Source of the DNA: Bacillota bacterium
GTDB lineage: Bacteria > Bacillota > DTU030
Length of the DNA: 64,000 nucleotides
NCBI GenBank assembly: GCA_012523785.1
Contig: JAAYTH010000014.1
Span: forward strand, 8,995-72,994
Reading direction: 5' to 3'
Part shown: positions 57,335 through 64,000 of the stretch, piece by piece
Position numbering within the stretch: position 1 is the first letter of the stretch
How the letters are laid out: each line of letters begins with the position of its first letter
Translations under genes and position numbers: made by a program
Notes under the pieces: model-generated
The model's input: only the letters and a program-made list of their open reading frames with translations
The model's database searches: none
What the model was told of the DNA's origin: nothing

Positions 57335-57376
57335 AGGGGGAGACCCAGGTCTTCTGGGCTGCTCCCCCCCTTTTCC
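57335..57376 (+). terminator. intra-operon GC-rich hairpin plus T-tract (attenuating terminator between SBP and permease genes)
   Basis: GGGGGAG..CCCAG / CTGGG..CTCCCCC imperfect stem of about 13 bp, followed by TTTT. Confidence 0.55.
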
Positions 57377-57406
57377 GCAAATTTTACCGACAACGGGGGT
57401 GACGTT

Positions 57407-58417
57407 TTGAGGTTGGCGAGGGTTTTAGAAAGAGTATTTGTTGCCATTCCGGTTATGCTGGGGGTAGCCATTATCGTTTTTTTCTTTATGCGCCTTTCCC
57501 CTGGGGATCCGGTGGACTTGATGATGGGTGAGGCAGGCAGTGTTTCACCACGGGAAATGGAGGCCCTGGCAAGGGAGTTTCGCTTGGATGAACCCCTTCA
57601 TATGCAACTGTACCACTTTTTGGCTGGCCTTTTGAGGGGCGATTTGGGGAATTCCTTCGTAAAAAGAAAGCCTGTTGCCAGGCTTGTAAGGGAACATTTG
57701 CCGGCCACGGTAGAGTTGGCCATCGGTGCCCTTGTAATTGCTTTGGTCATTGCCATCCCGATAGGAATAATATCAGCGGTAAAACAGCATTCAATCTTGG
57801 ATCGGGTCTCAATGGCCGGAGCCTTTCTTGGTATTTCCATGCCCGCTTTTTGGATGGGTATAGTTCTTATCTTGGTGTTTTCGGTATACTGGCATGTATT
57901 CCCCTCCCACGGTAGATTACCCTTTGCTGTGGGTTTAAAAACCATCACGGGTTTTTATACTATAGACAGCATTTTGACTGGAAATTGGTCTGCCTTGGCC
58001 AGCACCCTGAAACATCTTTTTTTACCTTCCCTGACTCTGGGGGCTGGTACAGCAGCCACCATTGCCCGCATGACCCGTTCTAGCATGTTGGAAGTGCTGC
58101 GCCAAGATTATATTGTATTGGCTAGGGCTAAGGGATTGACTGAATATGCCGTTGTGGTGAAGCATGCACTACGCAATGCCTTGATACCTACCGTTACCAT
58201 TGTGGCACTCCAAATAGGTACTTTCCTAGGTGGAAATATGATTGTAGAAACTGTCTTCGGCTGGCCCGGCTTGGGACGCTTGGTAGTAGATGCTATTCAA
58301 CGGCGAGATTTTCCCTTGGTACAGGGGGCTGTTATTGTCTATGCCCTCACATTTGTCATGGCTAATCTCCTGGCTGATATTATCTACACCTTTGTTAATC
58401 CTAAGATTGAACTGTAG
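57407..58417 (+). CDS. ABC transporter permease (DppB/OppB type)
   Basis: BPD_transp_1 EAA-type loop; TTG start. Confidence 0.8.
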   Translation: MRLARVLERVFVAIPVMLGVAIIVFFFMRLSPGDPVDLMMGEAGSVSPREMEALAREFRLDEPLHMQLYHFLAGLLRGDLGNSFVKRKPVARLVREHLPATVELAIGALVIALVIAIPIGIISAVKQHSILDRVSMAGAFLGISMPAFWMGIVLILVFSVYWHVFPSHGRLPFAVGLKTITGFYTIDSILTGNWSALASTLKHLFLPSLTLGAGTAATIARMTRSSMLEVLRQDYIVLARAKGLTEYAVVVKHALRNALIPTVTIVALQIGTFLGGNMIVETVFGWPGLGRLVVDAIQRRDFPLVQGAVIVYALTFVMANLLADIIYTFVNPKIEL

Positions 58418-58432
58418 GAGAGGGGGAAGCCA

Positions 58433-59398
58433 ATGAAAGTAAACGAAACCAATGTGCATTTGGCACAGTTACCTACAACTGACCGGAGTCCACTACAGCA
58501 ACATTTATACCTCCTGGGTATAAAACTGCGGCTGCAGCGTCAAAACCTGGGGAATTTTTTCCGCCAGCTTAAACGCCATCCTACAGCTATGGTGGGTGCC
58601 ATAGTTGTAGTTCTGTATATACTAATGGCCATTTTTGCTCCCCTTTTAGTTCCCCATGATCCTTTTACAGGCATTCTTGGCAATAGAATCCTTCCACCTA
58701 AATGGTATGAAGGGGGAAGGCCCGAATATTTACTGGGCTGTGATGAACTGGGGAGGGACCTATTAAGCAGGATTATCTATGGAGCCCGTGTTTCCATTAG
58801 TGTAGGACTCATTTCAGTTACGGTATCGACTGTTATTGGTGTTACGGCCGGAATTGCGGCAGGCTATTACCGGGGCTTGTTTGATGAGATATTTTCCCGT
58901 TTTGCTGATCTACTGTTGGCGTTTCCATTTTTAATATTTGCTTTGGGGGTTATGGTGGCAACGGGGCCAGGATTTTGGAACTTGATTTTTGCCTTGTGTT
59001 TTAAGGGCTGGGTGGAGTTTTTCCGATTGGCCCGGGGAGAAACCCTCTCAGAGAAAACCAAAGAATATGTTGAGGCTGCCAAGGCCAGCGGCCAAGGCCA
59101 TCTAACTATTATGCTTTCTGAGATCATGCCCAATATTATTCACTCTGTTATCGTGTTGGGGACACTTAGAATGGGTTCTTTGATCATTACTGAGGCTTCC
59201 TTGAGCTTCTTAGGGCTTGGCGTAGGCACGAGAATTCCGGCTTGGGGGTCAATGATTTCCAGTGGGCGGCAGTACATGATGAATGCTTGGTGGATTTCCA
59301 CCCTGCCTGGTATGGCCCTCCTGCTACTGGTGTTGAGTATTAATCTCCTTGGGGAAGGCCTGCGGGATATTCTTGACCCGCGTTTGAAAATAGATTAG
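58433..59398 (+). CDS. ABC transporter permease (DppC/OppC type)
   Basis: DppC-like permease. Confidence 0.8.
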   Translation: MKVNETNVHLAQLPTTDRSPLQQHLYLLGIKLRLQRQNLGNFFRQLKRHPTAMVGAIVVVLYILMAIFAPLLVPHDPFTGILGNRILPPKWYEGGRPEYLLGCDELGRDLLSRIIYGARVSISVGLISVTVSTVIGVTAGIAAGYYRGLFDEIFSRFADLLLAFPFLIFALGVMVATGPGFWNLIFALCFKGWVEFFRLARGETLSEKTKEYVEAAKASGQGHLTIMLSEIMPNIIHSVIVLGTLRMGSLIITEASLSFLGLGVGTRIPAWGSMISSGRQYMMNAWWISTLPGMALLLLVLSINLLGEGLRDILDPRLKID

Positions 59399-59429
59399 GA
59401 GCTTTCATATTAAAGGATGTGAAAGAACG

Positions 59430-60431
59430 ATGTTGGTTATTAAAAATTTGAGCACTCACTTTCCCACCGAACGGGGTCTAGTCAAAGCCGTAAACAATGT
59501 CAGCCTTTCGCTGGCAACTGGTGAAATTTTGGGCCTAGTGGGTGAATCGGGCTGCGGCAAGAGTATGACCCTTCTATCTATTCTCAGATTAATACCTTTT
59601 CCCGGTAAAATTGTAGGTGGGGAAGTTTTCTTTAGAGGTAGTAATCTCCTGGAGAAGAAACCAGCAGAAATGCGTGCTTTACGGGGCCAAGACATCGCCA
59701 TGGTTTTTCAGGATCCCATGACCACCCTAAATCCTGTTTTTAAAGTAGGGGAGCAAATTGGAGAATCTCTACGAATTCACGGTGCCATGGGTAAAGAAAG
59801 TTTTCGCAGGAGATACGGTGATAATAAAAAAATTGCGGAAAAGGAACGGGTCCTGGAGTTAATGAAGGAAGTTGGGATCCCGTCTGTTGATGAACGCTAC
59901 CACGAATATCCTCACCAATTCAGCGGCGGGATGCAGCAGCGAGCCCTTATTGCCATTGCCCTTTCTTGTAATCCCCAGCTTTTATTGGCAGATGAACCGA
60001 CGACCGCCCTGGATGTAACCATTCAGGCCCAGATCCTTTCCCTACTGGAGCAGATCAACCGGGAACATGGCACAGGTATTATTTTAGTAACCCACGACTT
60101 GGGGGTTGCGGCTGAGTTTTGTCAGCGCATTGCTGTTATGTATGCCGGCAGTCTGGTGGAGGTAGGACCGACGGATGTGGTTATTGGGGAACCCCGGCAC
60201 CCGTATACGATAGGTTTGTTGCGGTCCATACCTAAGATTAGCAGTAAAAAGGAAAAGATCAAACCCATATATGGCAATGTGCCGGACTTGGCCGGGTTAG
60301 CAGGTGGCTGCCCCTTTGCCCCCCGGTGTGAAGTTGTGAAAGATGCCTGTTATTCCGAGGATATACCGATGCGGCAAATATCTGACGACCACCAAGTGCG
60401 CTGCTTAAATGTACCAGGGCACAGCGTCTAA
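59430..60431 (+). CDS. ABC transporter ATP-binding protein (DppD/OppD type)
   Basis: Walker A GESGCGKS and a C-terminal oligopeptide-ABC extension. Confidence 0.85.
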   Translation: MLVIKNLSTHFPTERGLVKAVNNVSLSLATGEILGLVGESGCGKSMTLLSILRLIPFPGKIVGGEVFFRGSNLLEKKPAEMRALRGQDIAMVFQDPMTTLNPVFKVGEQIGESLRIHGAMGKESFRRRYGDNKKIAEKERVLELMKEVGIPSVDERYHEYPHQFSGGMQQRALIAIALSCNPQLLLADEPTTALDVTIQAQILSLLEQINREHGTGIILVTHDLGVAAEFCQRIAVMYAGSLVEVGPTDVVIGEPRHPYTIGLLRSIPKISSKKEKIKPIYGNVPDLAGLAGGCPFAPRCEVVKDACYSEDIPMRQISDDHQVRCLNVPGHSV

Positions 60432-60447
60432 GAAAGGGGAGAAGTAT

Positions 60448-61440
60448 ATGACAGCTGCAGAACCCTTGGTAAAAACAAAGGGGCTGACAAAATATTTTAC
60501 CAGTAGGCGAAGTTTGGTTGCCAAGCTGGTGGCCCGCCAAAAAGATCATCTTATTAAGGCTGTTGATGATGTTAATCTGGATATTTACCCGGGGGAAACG
60601 TTGGGGCTTGTGGGGGAGAGTGGTTGTGGGAAAACTACCCTCGGGCGCACATTGATCAAGCTTTATGAACCCACATCCGGGGAGATTTTCTACCGTAATC
60701 AACTGGTACACGAACTGAAGGGGAGGGAGCTAATTGCCTTTCGAAAGGAGGCGCAGATTATTTTCCAAAACCCCTACGCCTCCCTCAATCCCCGGAAAAC
60801 TGTGCGAGATATTATTTCGGTCCCCCTACGCACCAGGGGGCTTCGGGAACCTAGGATAATAGAGGAGGAGATTCTCAATCTATTGCAAAGGGTTGGGCTG
60901 AGCCCCAGGCACATTGACAACTACCCCCACCAGTTTAGCGGCGGGCAGCGCCAGAGGATTGGTGTGGCCAGGGCTTTAGCCTTACAACCTAACTTTATTG
61001 TGGCTGATGAGCCGGTATCGGCACTGGATGTTTCAGTTCAAGCCCAAATTATCAACCTCTTGGAAGAACTACAAGAGGAATTTCAGTTAACTTACCTTTT
61101 TATTACCCATGACTTGAGTGTTGTTCATTATATCAGTGATCGGATTGCCGTCATGTATTTGGGGCATATTGTGGAAACAGCACCGACAATAACACTATTT
61201 GAGCGTCCCCTTCATCCCTATACCCAGGCTTTGCTTTCCGCTATTCCTAGTGTGGACAAGGGTTTTCGTCGCAAACGAATTATTCTGGAGGGTACAGTAC
61301 CTACTCCTTTGGATCCACCGCCGGGATGCCGTTTCCACACCCGGTGTTTCGCCAAACTTGGTGATGTTTGTACCCGTGTTACCCCCTCCTTGGTCGAAGT
61401 GGAGGATAATCATTTTGTTGCCTGCCATCATTTCAAATAG
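60448..61440 (+). CDS. ABC transporter ATP-binding protein (DppF/OppF type)
   Basis: Walker A GESGCGKTT. Confidence 0.85.
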   Translation: MTAAEPLVKTKGLTKYFTSRRSLVAKLVARQKDHLIKAVDDVNLDIYPGETLGLVGESGCGKTTLGRTLIKLYEPTSGEIFYRNQLVHELKGRELIAFRKEAQIIFQNPYASLNPRKTVRDIISVPLRTRGLREPRIIEEEILNLLQRVGLSPRHIDNYPHQFSGGQRQRIGVARALALQPNFIVADEPVSALDVSVQAQIINLLEELQEEFQLTYLFITHDLSVVHYISDRIAVMYLGHIVETAPTITLFERPLHPYTQALLSAIPSVDKGFRRKRIILEGTVPTPLDPPPGCRFHTRCFAKLGDVCTRVTPSLVEVEDNHFVACHHFK

Positions 61441-61468
61441 GCCGGATTTGCTTTTTTAATATAAGATC

Positions 61469-61496
61469 AGCACCCTGACCGGGGTGCTTTTTTTAT
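61469..61496 (+). terminator. rho-independent terminator after the ABC operon
   Basis: AGCACCC/GGGTGCT stem followed by an 8-T run. Confidence 0.7.
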
Positions 61497-61658
61497 TGCT
61501 TTTTTTGCCGTTAAAAAATATAAAGTTGTCGAAGGAAAGCCGCTTATTGGTTTTTCCAGCCTAAAAAAGGGATATTTGCACTGGTACAAATGGAAGGATT
61601 TAACAGGTGAAGGTAGTAATAGTAAAAACGAGGAATCTTAACTGGGGGAGGATTGTTT

Positions 61659-63602
61659 ATGGATAGAATTATTAGGTATGTATTAAATGAGAAAAACAGT
61701 AGGGTGCTTTATCCCCACCCCATCTCCAGCCAAATAAGGGAGCAGCTTCTGGAGGCAGCAGTAGGAGCACCAACAGCAACTGCATTACAGGCCTACAGTA
61801 TCATTGTTGTGGAAGATCCCCAGCAACGCCGGAGCTTACACCAAGTCTGCCAGTATCCATCGAATACAGAATCTCCCTTGCTTGTGGTCTTTTGTATTGA
61901 TTTATACCGAATAAAACATATTATTATAGAACAAGAAAAACCCGAACAAGATTTTCACCGGGATTGCCCCAATATATTTATGTTGGCAATTTGTGATGCT
62001 GTGGCGGCGGCCCAGGCCATGGTTACAACCGCCAAAAGGAAAGGCTTAGTGGCAGATTATTCGGGTACCATATTAAATAATGTGGGATGCGTTAGGAAAA
62101 TCCTTGCACTTCCCGAATATGTCTTTCCAATTGCAATGTTACGTTTGGGTTATCACCTGTCCTCCATAGAAAGGCAGCCGGCTTTAATAAACCCCATCCA
62201 TATTAATCGTTATGTTCATCCCGAGGGGAAAGAAACTGCGGAATATAAAAAATACTATCAATACCTTTTTGAAAGCTGTAGTGAATTGCAAGGGGATAGG
62301 GTGGCCGCCGAAGGTCGGGCTATGGATGTTTGGAAGGAATTAACCCACAGCGGTTTTTTTCGTAACATTAGGGAAAAGGATGGGAAAAAAACATACCAAA
62401 GAAGGAAATCAAATTTGGAAGAAATCCACCAAGTCATTCAACAGGCGCAAAAAATTAGCCGTAGACGAAAACAATATAATTTAAAAACTAACTTACTATA
62501 TGGTTTGGCCCGGTTCTATTTAATTAGAAAGCAGCCGGGAAGGGCCTTGAACTGTTTTTCAAAGGCCATACTTCTAATACCAGATGCAGCTGAACTATAC
62601 TGCTGTTTGGGTGCTACACACCAGCATTTGGGAAATATTGAGCGCTCCTTGCATTACTTTGAGAAGGCTGTGAGCTTGTGTAAGCGGGAACCTTATTTTT
62701 ATCTGTGGTTAGGAAAATGTCAACTGCTTCGGGGAGAAGGAGATGCGGCATTACAGTCACTGAATAAGGCCCTAGAACTCGATCCCACCTTCTTGGAGGC
62801 ATGGTTTGCAAAGGCGGCACTTTTGGAAAAAGAAATGGTGTGGGAAGGGGCACTTTATTGTTACCATAAGATAGAATCTTTGAAGCACCGGGATCACCAC
62901 CTGTACAACAACATGGCATTGGCATACCTAGGGTTGGGAAAATTAAAAGAGGCCCGGAAATACTGTGGAAAGGCACTGGATTTAAGGCCCAAAGACCCAA
63001 TAATTCTGGCCAACATAGGACTAATATTTTCCAAAATGGGCGAACATAAGAAGGCTATCGCTTGTTATAATAGGGCCTTAAAGGCCCAACCAGATAATGT
63101 TGATTTACTTAATAACAAAGGGTATTCTTTGCTAAAAATGGAATGTTACCAGGAGGCCTTGGCAATTTATGAACTGGCGTTGGAGTTGAAACCCGGTCTT
63201 CTAAGCGCTTTAGAGAACAAGGCTTCCTGTTTGACCCTTCTGGGGCGTACCAAAGAAGCACTCCATTGTTACAATGCAATCCTGCGGCAGCAACCCTCAG
63301 GGCCAACCGCCCTCAATAATAAAGCCCTCTGTTTGATAAAAATCGGTAAATATAAACAAGCATTAGATTACCATCAACAGGCCTTGAAGAATGATCCGGA
63401 AAATATATCTTTTCTCGGTAATACAGCAGCTTGCTTACTTAAGATGGAAAGATACAGTGAAGCATTAGTCCACTATGAACATGCCCTAAGATTGTATCCG
63501 GAGGAACCGGCATTGTTAAGTGGCAAGGGTGTTTGTCTAGATTATCTGGGACGTTTTGACGAAGCTGTAAATTGTTATAATCATGCCTTGAGGCTGGCAT
63601 AA
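61659..63602 (+). CDS. fusion protein: N-terminal nitroreductase-like (FMN oxidoreductase fold) domain + C-terminal ~10 TPR repeats
   Basis: N-terminal ~190 aa follow the nitroreductase family pattern (QAYSIIVVEDPQQRRSL ... LLVVFCIDLYR ... GLVADYSG). The C-terminal ~400 aa are canonical 34-aa TPR repeats. ATG 61659 has a GGGGGAGG RBS. Confidence 0.6.
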   Translation: MDRIIRYVLNEKNSRVLYPHPISSQIREQLLEAAVGAPTATALQAYSIIVVEDPQQRRSLHQVCQYPSNTESPLLVVFCIDLYRIKHIIIEQEKPEQDFHRDCPNIFMLAICDAVAAAQAMVTTAKRKGLVADYSGTILNNVGCVRKILALPEYVFPIAMLRLGYHLSSIERQPALINPIHINRYVHPEGKETAEYKKYYQYLFESCSELQGDRVAAEGRAMDVWKELTHSGFFRNIREKDGKKTYQRRKSNLEEIHQVIQQAQKISRRRKQYNLKTNLLYGLARFYLIRKQPGRALNCFSKAILLIPDAAELYCCLGATHQHLGNIERSLHYFEKAVSLCKREPYFYLWLGKCQLLRGEGDAALQSLNKALELDPTFLEAWFAKAALLEKEMVWEGALYCYHKIESLKHRDHHLYNNMALAYLGLGKLKEARKYCGKALDLRPKDPIILANIGLIFSKMGEHKKAIACYNRALKAQPDNVDLLNNKGYSLLKMECYQEALAIYELALELKPGLLSALENKASCLTLLGRTKEALHCYNAILRQQPSGPTALNNKALCLIKIGKYKQALDYHQQALKNDPENISFLGNTAACLLKMERYSEALVHYEHALRLYPEEPALLSGKGVCLDYLGRFDEAVNCYNHALRLA

Positions 63603-63623
63603 TTGGCAGGCAGGTTTTAAAAA

Positions 63624-63653
63624 ATGAAGTGTTTAGAAATGAAGTGTTTAGAA
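63624..63653. repeat. 2 x 15-nt perfect tandem direct repeat (atgaagtgtttagaa)
   Basis: Exact duplication in the intergenic DNA between the TPR gene and the tRNA cluster. Confidence 0.5.
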
Positions 63654-63662
63654 ATAATTTAA

Positions 63663-63684
63663 GCAGCGGTATAATCCCCGCTGC
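63663..63684 (-). terminator. hairpin terminator of the minus-strand tRNA operon
   Basis: GCAGCGG/CCGCTGC 7-bp stem followed by an A/T-rich tract on the minus strand, immediately downstream of tRNA-Gln. Confidence 0.5.
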
Positions 63685-63691
63685 CTGTTAC

Positions 63692-63766
63692 TGGTTGGGG
63701 CGGTAGGGGTCGAACCTACGCATACAGGATCCAAAGTCCCGTGCCTTACCGCTTGGCTACGCCCCA
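63692..63766 (-). tRNA. tRNA-Gln (anticodon UUG)
   Basis: Hand-folded: U1:A72, anticodon loop CTTTGGA, T-arm GTAGG-TTCGACC-CCTAC, CCA encoded. Confidence 0.8.
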
Positions 63767-63772
63767 ATATGG

Positions 63773-63859
63773 TGGTGGAGAGGGCTGGATTTGAACCAGC
63801 GAAGGCTTTGCCAGCAGATTTACAGTCTGCCCCCTTTGGCCGAACTTGGGTACCTCTCC
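63773..63859 (-). tRNA. tRNA-Tyr (anticodon GUA), class II long variable arm
   Basis: GGAGAGG acceptor, anticodon loop CTGTAAA, long variable arm and a TTCAAAT T-loop; close to bacterial tRNA-Tyr. Confidence 0.85.
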
Positions 63860-63871
63860 TTTTTAATGTAA

Positions 63872-63946
63872 TGGTGGGCCCACCTGGGATCGAACCAGGG
63901 ACCGACCGGTTATGAGCCGGCTGCTCTACCGCTGAGCTATGGGCCC
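63872..63946 (-). tRNA. tRNA with CAU anticodon (elongator Met or lysidine-modified Ile2; not initiator)
   Basis: G1:C72 acceptor, anticodon loop CTCATAA, and no 3-GC initiator signature in the anticodon stem. Confidence 0.8.
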
Positions 63947-63949
63947 GCG

Positions 63950-64000
63950 TGGTCGGAGCGACTGGATTTGAACCAGCGACCCCTTGCTCCCGAAGCAAGT
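63950..64000 (-). tRNA. tRNA-Pro (anticodon CGG), 3' portion only - truncated by window edge
   Basis: The reverse complement gives anticodon stem-loop CTTGC-TTCGGGA-GCAAG, T-arm GCTGG-TTCAAAT-CCAGT and acceptor 3' CGCTCCG-A-CCA, similar to the Pro(GGG) tRNA at 38777. Confidence 0.5.

Noticed and set aside
63648-63998. 116-aa ORF on the minus strand
   Set aside because: It overlaps four tRNA genes (Gln, Tyr, CAU, Pro) and their terminator, so it is not coding.
1-64000. CRISPR arrays, IS elements, integrases, phage or toxin-antitoxin modules
   Set aside because: I scanned by eye for regularly spaced direct repeats, terminal inverted repeats and transposase/integrase-like ORFs and found none. 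The only repeats are the coding acidic-tail repeat and a 2x15-nt duplication.

Overview
This 64 kb window looks like a core-genome region of an endospore-forming Firmicute, probably a Clostridia (Peptococcaceae-like) lineage, at roughly 50% GC. About 60 genes and one tRNA lie on the + strand, and a tRNA cluster (Pro-CGG partial, Met/Ile-CAU, Tyr, Gln) sits on the - strand at the right edge. Gene order closely follows classic Bacillus subtilis sporulation loci.

Main blocks, left to right:
- punA-dacF-spoIIAA-spoIIAB-sigF, then a dodecin gene, spoVAC-spoVAD-spoVAEB, a SpoVAF/GerAA-like gene, an orphan HgdC/BcrAD-type activase, an L-box (lysine) riboswitch and lysA.
- An M50 peptidase gene co-transcribed with trpS, then scpA-scpB, ytfI-ytfJ, a MazG-like gene, spmA-spmB and rluB.
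- A cobalamin salvage block: cobS, BtuF/C/D-like ABC transporter, cobU, cobC.
- cmk-plsC, an ispH::rpsA fusion gene with an acidic repeat tail, fni, a DUF512 radical-SAM-like gene, der and spoIVA.
- An ACT-domain gene with thrC-thrB, then dpaL and pdp.
- A stand-alone tRNA-Pro(GGG) with its own sigma-A promoter and two tandem terminators.
- A GT4 glycosyltransferase translationally coupled to a 728-aa membrane protein; four M42 (TET/FrvX) aminopeptidase paralogs flanking ddl.
- An EF-G paralog with a degenerate GTPase switch II (His replaced by Tyr, and NKxD replaced by NKLE), followed by surE, mtnA and mtaD.
- A C26 amidotransferase, a five-gene Opp/Dpp-type ABC operon with an internal hairpin attenuator, and a nitroreductase-TPR fusion protein.

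I found no CRISPR array, IS element, integrase or phage genes. The most unusual items are the EF-G paralog, the orphan Fe-S activase inside the sporulation/lysA locus, the GT4/membrane-protein pair, the M42 quartet around ddl, the nitroreductase-TPR fusion and the ispH::rpsA-fni module.
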